Below are positions 8,846 through 16,949 of a DNA stretch of 36,619 bases, in pieces. The stretch is from a virus (Duplodnaviria > Caudoviricetes). How positions within the stretch are numbered: position 1 is the first letter of the stretch; each line of letters starts with the position of its first letter. The stretch lies in IMG/VR virus record IMGVR_UViG_3300031470_000049, positions 1-36,619 of that record, one strand, 5' to 3'. Made by a program: the position numbers and the translations under genes. The notes beneath the pieces are model-generated. The model had not been told where the DNA came from. It made no database searches and saw nothing but the letters and a program-made list of their open reading frames with translations.

Positions 8846-9487
8846 TCAGGCCGCGGCCGAGGTCCACGACGCGAGCGCCGTCTCAGCGCCGACCGGGTTG
8901 GCCTGCAGCCGGTAGATGGCCTGCCGTGACAGCCCGGTGGCCTTGGCGATCTGTGCGATGCTGGATCCGGTCGACAGCATGTCGCACACCTGCGCCAGCG
9001 TGGCAGCCGTGTAGGTCGGTTTCCGGCCCCGGTAGGCGGTGTCCCGGGCCTTGGCGTGGTCTATGCCGGCGCGCTGCGCTTCCTTCGTCGCCTCGGCCTG
9101 CGCCTGCGAGGTGGCGGCCATGAAAGCGATCAGGGCGTCGCGAACCGCCATCTGCATGGGGTCCTTCGTGGCGCCGTCGAACACCATGTTGTTGATCACG
9201 GTGCGGATCACGACGCCACGGCGCATGAACCGCCGGATTATCTCCGTCACGTCGCCGTAGTTCCTGCCCAGCCGGTCGACCCAGCGGACCACGAGCGTGT
9301 CACCGGCGCGCAGCATGTCGAACAGCCGACGGCCCTGCGGTCGGCCAGAGAGGAACGTCGATACGCCAGACACTCCGTCGTCGGCTACGACCTCGTCGAT
9401 CTTGAAGCCGGCCGCCTCGGCCTGCGTTCGCTGGTGGTCGATCGTCTGTTCGGCGGTGGATACCCGCGCGTAGAGAACCGTCGTCAT
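8846..9487 (-). CDS. Serine recombinase (resolvase/invertase family)
   Basis: YARVST catalytic Ser motif, GVSG, RP, DRLGRN, GRKP and a C-terminal HTH. Confidence 0.95.
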   Translation of the reverse strand: MTTVLYARVSTAEQTIDHQRTQAEAAGFKIDEVVADDGVSGVSTFLSGRPQGRRLFDMLRAGDTLVVRWVDRLGRNYGDVTEIIRRFMRRGVVIRTVINNMVFDGATKDPMQMAVRDALIAFMAATSQAQAEATKEAQRAGIDHAKARDTAYRGRKPTYTAATLAQVCDMLSTGSSIAQIAKATGLSRQAIYRLQANPVGAETALASWTSAAA

Positions 9488-9498
9488 GGCCGTTATCC

Positions 9499-9613
9499 CG
9501 TCCGCTGTGGTGGTATCCGTTAGAAAGCATGTCCGAAAAGCAATTGCAACCCTAACGGACAGGGTTTCAGACCACGCTCGGACCGTTCGCTAGGGTATAC
9601 CTCTGCGGACAGG
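9499..9613. promoter_or_regulatory. Probable res site of the serine recombinase
   Basis: Upstream of the resolvase; inverted repeat TCCGTTAG (9516-9523) / CTAACGGA (9552-9559) and repeated GTCCG/CGGAC half-sites. Confidence 0.5.
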
Positions 9614-9627
9614 ACACCGGCCGGGGA

Positions 9628-10098
9628 TCAGTAAATGTCGCCGGGTGCGTGTCGTGGACATAGAGCCTTGTAGATCTCGATGTTCGTACCGTAACCACTG
9701 GCGCTCGATCCATCCGCGGTTTCGCCGGTCGATAGGTCGATGACCCTATATTTCGCCGATCCGTCCTTGTCCTTCGAAGGGCCGGCGAAGCGGTAGCGGT
9801 CGCCGTAAAACGTCGTGAAGGTGCCCGCCACGCAATCGGCAGTGACCTCGTCGTTGAGACGCACCGCCAATTCCTCGTTGATACACTGAGGCGTGACCTT
9901 CTGGACGTAATCCCGACAGAAGGCGATGGCGTTAGCTCGTGTGTGGCGAGTCTTGATGACGGCGTGGGCCGTATCGAGCCCGGACATGGACACGACATCC
10001 ACCTCCATGCCGGCACGCGAGCCATATCCAAGGGTGCCAGAGGCCAGGACTGGAGAGGCGGAAAGCAGGGTGGCAGCAAGAGCAAGATAGGGGCGCAT
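9628..10098 (-). CDS. Exported hypothetical protein (4 Cys)
   Basis: ATG 10098; MRPYLALAATLLSASPVLA signal peptide; YGSRAGMEV motif. Confidence 0.75.
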   Translation of the reverse strand: MRPYLALAATLLSASPVLASGTLGYGSRAGMEVDVVSMSGLDTAHAVIKTRHTRANAIAFCRDYVQKVTPQCINEELAVRLNDEVTADCVAGTFTTFYGDRYRFAGPSKDKDGSAKYRVIDLSTGETADGSSASGYGTNIEIYKALCPRHAPGDIY

Positions 10099-10207
10099 GC
10101 AGGTAGGGTAGCCAGCACCACCTCGGCGAGCAACATGCGGTCGGCCATGGGTTTCGCGATTGTCATGCCAGTATGCTGTGATCTGGAGACCGAGCTGGGC
10201 AACAGCC

Positions 10208-10420
10208 ATGTCAGACCACGACAAGCCGAGGAACCGTCCGGCCAGAAGCCACGTCGCGCTGAGGTTCGACGAGATAACGCTCGCGGCCTTCGTGACGGCT
10301 GTGCTCGTGCTGACCGGCACCGTGTTCTACATCGGCGTGGCAAACTCGGAAGATCGGCTCGGGTGCGGCTTGAACGATCTCGTGAACAGGCTCCTCGGCA
10401 TGCAGCAGACGTGCCGGTAG
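10208..10420 (+). CDS. Small single-pass membrane protein
   Basis: ATG 10208; TM segment ITLAAFVTAVLVLTGTVFYIGVA. Confidence 0.55.
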   Translation: MSDHDKPRNRPARSHVALRFDEITLAAFVTAVLVLTGTVFYIGVANSEDRLGCGLNDLVNRLLGMQQTCR

Positions 10421-10441
10421 CTTGCCGCATCGCGGTCCCTG

Positions 10442-10474
10442 AAAAGGAAACGCCGCCGACCTAAGCCGACGGCG
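10442..10474 (-). terminator. Rho-independent terminator of the TA operon
   Basis: Minus strand CGCCGTCGGC-TTAG-GTCGGCGGCG followed by TTTCCTTTT. Confidence 0.7.
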
Positions 10475-10505
10475 CTCCTTTGCCATAACAGGGAGGGTGA
10501 TGCGG

Positions 10506-10895
10506 TCAGATGTTCTCAAGCACGCGCAGGTTCAGCCGGCCGGGATGCGTCGGCTCTGATCGCCGAACAGTGATCTCGACATCGCTGCCGAGCGCGCGCG
10601 TGAACGCAAGCAGCCGTTCGAGCGAGTAGCCGCCGGTGCGGCCGCGCAGCAGCTTGGACACATCGGGCTGGCTGACGCCCATAAGCTTGGCAGCCGAGGA
10701 CTGAGACAGCTCGCGACGCTCAATGACATCGGTGATGCCGATAACGAGGTCGGCCTTGAGCCGTTCCTCGGCGGGGTTCTCAAAGCCAAGGTCGGCGAAG
10801 ACGTTGCCGCTGCCAAAGACAGCCGAGTCCTCGGTGTTCGCAGGCGCGGCCGCAGGAGCAGAGGCGCCATCGAAGTGATCGAGTGAGTAGGCCAT
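10506..10895 (-). CDS. XRE-family HTH antitoxin (HigA-like)
   Basis: GSGNVFADLG...KA.L...LSQSSAAKLMGVSQPDVSKLLRG...YSLERL; downstream of the toxin gene. Confidence 0.9.
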   Translation of the reverse strand: MAYSLDHFDGASAPAAAPANTEDSAVFGSGNVFADLGFENPAEERLKADLVIGITDVIERRELSQSSAAKLMGVSQPDVSKLLRGRTGGYSLERLLAFTRALGSDVEITVRRSEPTHPGRLNLRVLENI

Positions 10896-10965
10896 GGGGT
10901 TCAACCTGTCTGATGTACGCGCCTCTCCCTTTCGAGGGAGAGGCTAGGTTTAGGTGAGACGCGGA

Positions 10966-11367
10966 TCAGGCCGTGTCCCGTTTTCCGAAATGCTCTTCGT
11001 GGTGCCGAGCCGCCTCGATCAATCGAAGCTTGATGGTCTCGATCTCCTTGCGAGGGGTCGAAATGCCCTTCTTCGACTTCTTCTGAAAGGCGTGCAGGAT
11101 GTAGATCGCCCCCGCAAACCTGACCGTGTAGACCGCGCGATAGGTGTTGCCCTCGTCGTCTTCCACGATCTCCAGGACCGACGCCCCCTTGAATGCCTTC
11201 TCGCCCGTAAGCGGTTTCGCTGAAGGGTGCTTCGATCCCTGCTCAGCGCGGTAGAGGGCATATCCGACTTCTCGCCGGACCTCGTCGGGAAATCCGAGCA
11301 CGGTCCGCTTCGTAGGACCAAGCCAAACCAATTCACGGTCAGGTGATCGGGTTGGTGGCGCTGGCAT
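10966..11367 (-). CDS. RelE/ParE-superfamily toxin (Gp49/HigB-like)
   Basis: FPDEVRREVGYAL...AKPL...VLEIVED..GNTYRAVYTVRF...IYILHAFQKKSKKGISTP; GAGGAG RBS. Confidence 0.9.
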   Translation of the reverse strand: MPAPPTRSPDRELVWLGPTKRTVLGFPDEVRREVGYALYRAEQGSKHPSAKPLTGEKAFKGASVLEIVEDDEGNTYRAVYTVRFAGAIYILHAFQKKSKKGISTPRKEIETIKLRLIEAARHHEEHFGKRDTA

Positions 11368-11424
11368 CAGTACGCTCCTCAAGTTTTGGCAAAAACACCA
11401 TAACGCAAGGCCGTTTTTCGGGCA

Positions 11425-11440
11425 ATGGTAAAATTACCAT
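11425..11440. promoter_or_regulatory. Palindromic operator upstream of the TA operon
   Basis: ATGGTAA-AA-TTACCAT inverted repeat in AT-rich DNA ~60 nt upstream of the toxin start. Confidence 0.6.
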
Positions 11441-11488
11441 GGCTTATGACGGCGGGGGCACGTTCCCTGAGCGAGACTCCCGCACCGT

Positions 11489-11836
11489 ATGACGGCATGC
11501 TGTGATCGCGATGCCTACCAGAGAGCCCTCCGGAGCCCTGCCGTCTTGCGCCTCTCCAGCACCAGCCTTCCCGCCGCCATCGACGCGTTCGGCCTCGTGT
11601 TCGTCATGCAGGGCCTCGAAGGCCAAGTACGCTGTCATGTCTTCCAGGCCGCGATCGACGAACTTGAAGAAAGCCACACGCGAGACGGGGCCGAGGTACT
11701 GCGCCGGTTCGATCGTCACCGTCGACGCCTCGAACGGGTAGCGGACCGCATGTATGGCGCTGGTCACCGCACCCCATGGATCAACGTCGGGGACCTGCTG
11801 CTCGGCGTGTCCACCGATGCGTGGGACTACGACTGA
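11489..11836 (+). CDS. Hypothetical protein, DUF1488-like
   Basis: LVFVMQGLEGQVRCHVFQAAIDELE...LRRFDRHRRRLERVADRMY resembles DUF1488; start uncertain. Confidence 0.5.
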   Translation: MTACCDRDAYQRALRSPAVLRLSSTSLPAAIDAFGLVFVMQGLEGQVRCHVFQAAIDELEESHTRDGAEVLRRFDRHRRRLERVADRMYGAGHRTPWINVGDLLLGVSTDAWDYD

Positions 11837-11945
11837 GGATGAGGTCGACAGACCGCAGCCCCGTGCTGGTCAAAGGGAGGGTCGTCATGACCCTCCCTTC
11901 GGTGGACAGGTCGACGAGGACGGCCGGCGGCCGATGATCCGAGGT

Positions 11946-11991
11946 GGTTGCACTCCGGTTACAGCCCGCTTGGTTACAGACGGGGTTACAG
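11946..11991 (+). repeat. GGTTACAG direct repeats
   Basis: Exact copies at 11957, 11972 and 11984; degenerate GGTTGCAC at 11946. Confidence 0.7.
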
Positions 11992-12314
11992 GCACCAACA
12001 CGAGGGAAGTGGTCGAGGCAGCCGCCTCCGGCGGGGTCGAGGTCGTCAGGATCCCTCGCACCTATTCATTTCCGTTCATTCGGCCGGGCTATGACCACGA
12101 TCCCCTTGTAGAAGTCGAAGGATACGCCACCATGGCGTACCCCTGTCGCGCCTGGGCACGTGGGCTGTGGATCTCCGAACTCGCGCCTCGCGCGCACGCG
12201 CGTTGGGTGCCACATAATTCAAACAATCAAAGAAAACCAATAGCCCTCGCGCAGACACGCGTAGGAGGTGGAAACCTCGGTGGAAACGCCCGACATGACA
12301 AGGCGGTACTCCTC

Positions 12315-12620
12315 CTACGCCAGCTCGATCGTGCGGCGCGCAGCGGATCGCAGCTCGCGAACCCGGGCGCGGAATTTCATCATCTCGCGGGACCGACCGC
12401 CGTGGACTGTGACGGCGGCACGCCATCGTGCGAGCCCGGCCGCCGTCTTCGGTCCAGTCGATCCACCGCCATGCATCCGACATCGACCATTCCGCATCGG
12501 CATATTCTTGCAGGAGGTGCCGCCACGGGTCCGGGCCCCGCAGGTTGGCACCGACTCGGGCGCGACCTCGGCGCATGAGTAGTTTTGAGTGGCCGGCGTT
12601 GCGGCTCGCCTCTGATGCAT
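12315..12620 (-). CDS. HGGxSTG domain-containing protein
   Basis: CGARTRGGTSCKNMPMRNGRCRMHGGGSTGPKT...HG signature. Confidence 0.85.
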   Translation of the reverse strand: MHQRRAATPATQNYSCAEVAPESVPTCGARTRGGTSCKNMPMRNGRCRMHGGGSTGPKTAAGLARWRAAVTVHGGRSREMMKFRARVRELRSAARRTIELA

Positions 12621-12643
12621 GGGGTCAGACGATTGATCCAGAA

Positions 12644-13339
12644 TTATACCCCCTCCCCCTCGCGGGTCATGATGGGGGCACCCTCGACCATCGATATGGG
12701 GTTCGCCCCCTGCCCAATTGCCTGAGGTGACGGGACCGATGACGGGAGGGACGCGCCGCCGGTCACGTTCCCGACCACGGCTTGGCCACCCTCGTTCACG
12801 ACGACACGCTCGACCCGCACGATCTGGGGGCCCTTGCCTCGGCGCCGATCAAGCGCCTCGCACATGTCGATCATGGCCCGAGCGGAGTTCGCGGCGTCGC
12901 GACGAAGCCTAGCCGCGATGTCACTCGGTTGACCCTCGATCATGGCCCTCCGGCTGCATTCGAGGCTGGCGTAGTGCAGGGCGACCGCTTGAGCAGCGAT
13001 CATACCCTCGATCGTGTCGGTCGGCTTGAAGGCTCGCAGAGCGATGGCGGCCATCTGCTTCGTGTGGTCCTCACCATCGGTCAGGAACTTGGGGGACGTC
13101 ATAGAAACTCGATTGATCGTCCCCAAGTCCCAGATGAGGATGCCGGACCCGCCGATTTCTTTGACGGATGGCGGCGACGGGGTCCTGTTCGTGACCTTCT
13201 CCGGCGGAGGAGCGGGTGCTGGCGCAGCAGCGTGGGTGCGCGATCGACGAACGCGAGGCGCGGCCTGTGTTTCGTCGACCTTGGACATGGCGCTACGCTT
13301 CGTCATCGTCCCACTCCTTCCCGCTGCAAACTCCGTCAT
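12644..13339 (-). CDS. Conserved hypothetical partner of the HGGxSTG protein
   Basis: FKPTDTIEGMIAAQAVALH...EALDRRRGKGPQIVRVERVVVNEGGQAVVGNV; ATGA coupling at 13336-13339 (alternative start 13306 with AAGGAG RBS). Confidence 0.75.
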   Translation of the reverse strand: MTEFAAGRSGTMTKRSAMSKVDETQAAPRVRRSRTHAAAPAPAPPPEKVTNRTPSPPSVKEIGGSGILIWDLGTINRVSMTSPKFLTDGEDHTKQMAAIALRAFKPTDTIEGMIAAQAVALHYASLECSRRAMIEGQPSDIAARLRRDAANSARAMIDMCEALDRRRGKGPQIVRVERVVVNEGGQAVVGNVTGGASLPSSVPSPQAIGQGANPISMVEGAPIMTREGEGV

Positions 13340-13857
13340 GCCGCCTTCCGGTCTGGGCGCCACCCACGCTCCCACAAGGTCCGGACTTGGCGGTTGAAGC
13401 TGTTGGTGTCCTTGCGCGACCACCCGTCCCGCAGGGTGTAGTGGGCCTCGCGGAATTGCGCGAAAGCCTCGGCTTCCCTGGCATTCATCAGGTCCGCCGT
13501 GCCCACGATGGCGTCCATCCACGCCAAGCGCTCGAAACGGGTCAGGGTTGCCCATGTCGGCCAGTGCGCCGGTTCGCGCCCTGGCTTCTGTGATGCCGCA
13601 GGCGCCTTCGATGGCGACGCCGGCGGTGGCCATGTCGGCCGAGATGGTTGCGACGGTGCGGACGTCGCCATGACGTCGTCGAAGCTCGGCTGTGCCACCC
13701 GCTGCGCCAAGTCGTGCCAGTCGAGCCTAGCGGTTGCGAGCGTCCGACCGATCGCCGCGACGGTGGCTGTGATCTCGCCGTCGTGATCGGACGCGAGACG
13801 CGGAATGAGCTTGCCGAGCTTCTCGGCGATGCCGGAGAAGGCGAAGGGAGCCGTCAT
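13336..13857 (-). CDS. Hypothetical protein with SxHDGE N-terminal domain
   Basis: 173 aa, coupled at both ends; KLIPRLASDHDGE...LDWHDLA. Confidence 0.7.
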   Translation of the reverse strand: MTAPFAFSGIAEKLGKLIPRLASDHDGEITATVAAIGRTLATARLDWHDLAQRVAQPSFDDVMATSAPSQPSRPTWPPPASPSKAPAASQKPGREPAHWPTWATLTRFERLAWMDAIVGTADLMNAREAEAFAQFREAHYTLRDGWSRKDTNSFNRQVRTLWERGWRPDRKAA

Positions 13858-14048
13858 TGACCAGCGACCTCCGATGGAGCGGTAGCGACCTCGCGGCGGA
13901 GCACGGCCACGATGGCGTCGAGTTCGTCGGCGTCGAGCCGGATCATGCCGGGGTGACCGCCCTTGGCGCGACGGGCGGCTTCCCGCTCCAGGTAGGCCAG
14001 CGTCGACCGAAGTCGGCCGTGTACCGGGGTGTCACGGTCTTCCGTCAT
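13854..14048 (-). CDS. Small hypothetical protein
   Basis: MTEDRDTPVHG..., 64 aa; ATGA overlaps with both neighbours. Confidence 0.6.
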   Translation of the reverse strand: MTEDRDTPVHGRLRSTLAYLEREAARRAKGGHPGMIRLDADELDAIVAVLRREVATAPSEVAGQ

Positions 14049-14542
14049 CGTCCCTGCGCCTCCCGCGCCATGCCGGCGACCGCGATCAAGGCGGCCTCGG
14101 CTTTCCCATCCGAGCCCTTGGCGGCGAACAGGTCTGCACGAGTCGGCCATCGCCGGATCGCCTCGGATCGAGCCGCATCCTTCGCGCCATCCTTCCCGGC
14201 CTTGATCCCGACCTCGCGCTTCCACGTCGGCGGGGTCAGCATCCGTGCCGGCACGCCCATGGCGCCGAGCACGCCTTCCACGACGCCGCGGCTGCGCCCG
14301 AATGCGAAGGCCCCGGAGGGTGCCTCGCCAGGCCTGGCACCAACGAATTCCACGAAGGCTTCCGTTGGGTTCCACTGCTGCAGCAGCATCGACAGCAGCG
14401 GCGCGTTGACGGCTGGCCTACCGGCCGGACCATCGGCCAGCACTGGCATATCGGCAACGTCGACGAGGTCGCCTGATCCCGTCACGAGCGCGAGCGCACC
14501 GCTTCGGCCGATGTCGACGCCGAGGACGATGCGGGCGCTCAT
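14045..14542 (-). CDS. RuvC-like Holliday junction resolvase (phage type)
   Basis: VLGVDIGRSGA (acidic site I), FVE (II), SGAFAFG, P.TWK, DGKAEAALIA (III). Confidence 0.8.
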   Translation of the reverse strand: MSARIVLGVDIGRSGALALVTGSGDLVDVADMPVLADGPAGRPAVNAPLLSMLLQQWNPTEAFVEFVGARPGEAPSGAFAFGRSRGVVEGVLGAMGVPARMLTPPTWKREVGIKAGKDGAKDAARSEAIRRWPTRADLFAAKGSDGKAEAALIAVAGMAREAQGR

Positions 14543-14568
14543 GGGGCCGCCCAATTCCTGCTGGATGT

Positions 14569-14698
14569 TGCCGCACCCCACTTCCGTGCCATCCCTTGCC
14601 GCGCCGCACCCCCCACACCCCAATAGGGGGTGGTGGTGCGGCAGTCCGGCGCCACACCTGCCGCACTTGGATTGCCGCACTTCAATCGTGGTGCGGCA
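14569..14698. repeat. TGCCGCAC iteron cluster, putative origin of the primase-helicase replicon
   Basis: Direct copies at 14569, 14603 (GCCGCAC), 14659, 14673; inverted copies at 14636, 14691; CCCC-AATA-GGGG dyad at ~14618-14629. Confidence 0.65.
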
Positions 14699-14723
14699 GC
14701 TTGATCTTGACCACGGTGCGTCA

Positions 14724-16949
14724 TCAGTCGGTTGCCCATTCTCCAACCTCCACGAAGGTGCGGATTTCCCGCTTTGCATCCGCTCGGTCGACCGTCTTGA
14801 GCGCCCCGGCCTTGATCCAGACGGCGAGCAGACCCTTGATCTTCGTCCTGTCGGCAGGACTGTCCGCATCGAGGCCCATGGCTCGCGCCACGGCGCGCCC
14901 GACCCAGCGATCACGAGTCTGGATGTTCTCGCGCCAATCGCCCTTGTCGATTTCCTGCTGGACCTTGCGGAGGTCCGCCACCTTCACGCCTTCGAACGCG
15001 TCCGGCCACGTCCATGAAGTCGCCACCGCAACCTGATCGCCGTCGTCGAACGGGATATCAGGTGTCCCGTTGCCTAGCGGCACGGATTGAAGTTGGAACC
15101 ATTCCGCCTTCTCAGGGGGTGCAAGATTGCCCTTGCCGTTCTCGGCTCGGAAAAAGGACCGCGGCTCGGCTATGCCGGCCTTCTCCGCTTCGTCCTTCGA
15201 CATCCGATTCAGAGCCCGCGCCGATCGGCACGCAGCCAAGAGCGACACCGCCCCGCGGCCGTCTTCAACCGTGACCTCTGCCCCGTTGGTCTTTCGAACG
15301 TGATGGATGAGATCGAAAGCGCAGTCGCATTCGTCCACGATGTTCGCGAGAGCCGTGCAAACCATGTCGATGGCGCCGTTATCATTCTCCGGGACCTGAT
15401 GCGCCTTCACCAAAGGATCGATGACGATCAGGTCGGCCTGCTTTGCCCGGATCTCCGCTTTCAGAGCCTCGACCACCGGCACTGCCACCACCGTCCCCGC
15501 CTTCGTCGTCGAGGCGATAACGACCTTGGTATCGCGTCCCGAGTTGAGGAAAAGCCGGCCGCCCAGCGCATCGGGGTGAATGTCGAAATGTAGCAGGATC
15601 GCCAGCACGCGGCGCTCGATTTCCTCAAGCGGATCCTCAAGGTTCAGAACCCACACTCGCAGCTGTCCCGTCGGCTGAATGCCGAGGAGAGGTCGACCCG
15701 TCGCCATAGCAATGGCCTCGACGAGTTGCAGGGACGACTTGCCCACGCCGCCCGGCGCCACGGTGCAGGAAATGAACTTGCGGACGAGATGCCGCCCGTA
15801 GAGCCACTGCCGACGCGGAAATGCCCGCGGGTCGCGCCAAACAAAAGGTCGTGCCGTGATGGTGTAAGCCGGTGGCGCTGAGGCCGAGGCCCGCGCATCG
15901 CCGAACCCATTACCTTGCCCAGCCCCAGGTCCGGATCCGTCATCAGCTTGCCCCTGTTCCAGATCCGCCCGCCACGTCTCCGGATCGATTCGCTCGGCCC
16001 GGTCGAGGAAGCCTTCCGCATCCCCGCCGCGCTCAAAATAGTCTGAGACGTCGCCGCCCTCCGGCAGGTCGAGAAGTTGAACGAGCTTAACCAGCCGCGC
16101 GCCCGCCTGGAGCGCGGCGCCGACCTTCTTGGGGATGCTCTTGCGCCCAGCCTCGTCGTTGTCGACCGCGACCACAACGAAGTGCCCCCTCAGCAGCTCC
16201 GACACGTCAGGAATGTCGGATGCTGACCCGAACGTAAAAGCGGGTATCGACGCCGCGTGGAGCGCTTCTGTGTCCTTTTCCCCCTCGGCCCAGACCAGAA
16301 GCTCACCGCGCCGCTCGGGATCAAACGGGTTGCGGGCGCCGGGCGGGACGTAGGGCACCGGCACATAGCCCTCGGGCTTCCGGGCCTGCCATCCTGACAC
16401 GCCGTCGGTCGGACGCCGCACCCTGTACCAATCCGTAAAGTTGCCGTCCGTCCGCTTCACCTTGACCCGAACGGCCTCGCCGTCTCGGATGTAGAGATGC
16501 CGGCGCGCTTCGTCGTTGAAGCGGTAGGGTTCAGGCTTACCGGGGTTCGTGAACTTCGGCTTGCCCTCCCCGCCCGGCACCGTCCAGTCCGGCACCGGCA
16601 CGTCCGAGAGACACGGTTTCGGCCTGACCACGTGGAAGTTGTCGCGGAAACTGCCGTCACCAGCCGGTATGTCGCGCGGCTGGCGCATCCCGCTATCAAT
16701 GCCGGACCGCAGCGTGGCCCGCACTGCCGCTGCGCCATCCTTCCGCACTATGCCGGACGCCTCAGCGGCGGACATCAGGCGGCTCTCGACCTCGGCACGA
16801 TTGAGGAAACCGCCCGGAATGAACTGCCCGCAGGCGAACCCGGATCGGTTGACCTGGTCGTTCCGACCATGAGCCGTCGAGGCGAGTGTCTGGCACTCCC
16901 CGTCGAGGGCGGCATGGGCGTAGCTCTCGTGGGGGCTTGATGCGTTCAT
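14724..16949 (-). CDS. Primase-helicase: TOPRIM domain + AAA_25 (RepA-like SF4) ATPase
   Basis: TOPRIM motifs WAEGEKD, VDNDEAG, GDVSDY; Walker A APGGVGKS; Walker B LIVIDP; ENDN, LIHHVRK, RGA; start coupled at 16946-16949. Confidence 0.9.
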   Translation of the reverse strand: MNASSPHESYAHAALDGECQTLASTAHGRNDQVNRSGFACGQFIPGGFLNRAEVESRLMSAAEASGIVRKDGAAAVRATLRSGIDSGMRQPRDIPAGDGSFRDNFHVVRPKPCLSDVPVPDWTVPGGEGKPKFTNPGKPEPYRFNDEARRHLYIRDGEAVRVKVKRTDGNFTDWYRVRRPTDGVSGWQARKPEGYVPVPYVPPGARNPFDPERRGELLVWAEGEKDTEALHAASIPAFTFGSASDIPDVSELLRGHFVVVAVDNDEAGRKSIPKKVGAALQAGARLVKLVQLLDLPEGGDVSDYFERGGDAEGFLDRAERIDPETWRADLEQGQADDGSGPGAGQGNGFGDARASASAPPAYTITARPFVWRDPRAFPRRQWLYGRHLVRKFISCTVAPGGVGKSSLQLVEAIAMATGRPLLGIQPTGQLRVWVLNLEDPLEEIERRVLAILLHFDIHPDALGGRLFLNSGRDTKVVIASTTKAGTVVAVPVVEALKAEIRAKQADLIVIDPLVKAHQVPENDNGAIDMVCTALANIVDECDCAFDLIHHVRKTNGAEVTVEDGRGAVSLLAACRSARALNRMSKDEAEKAGIAEPRSFFRAENGKGNLAPPEKAEWFQLQSVPLGNGTPDIPFDDGDQVAVATSWTWPDAFEGVKVADLRKVQQEIDKGDWRENIQTRDRWVGRAVARAMGLDADSPADRTKIKGLLAVWIKAGALKTVDRADAKREIRTFVEVGEWATD

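Noticed and set aside
11754-12578. 274-aa plus-strand ORF
   Set aside because: Overlaps the HGGxSTG gene on the opposite strand and has no recognisable domain; a shorter gene within it cannot be excluded
14045-14542. TnpB/Cas12-like RNA-guided RuvC nuclease
   Set aside because: Only 165 aa with a contiguous RuvC fold and no Zn finger or REC/WED region; fits a phage resolvase
14539-14739. 66-aa ORF between primase and RuvC
   Set aside because: Lies over the iteron cluster and its sequence is explained by the DNA repeats; could at most be a coupling peptide
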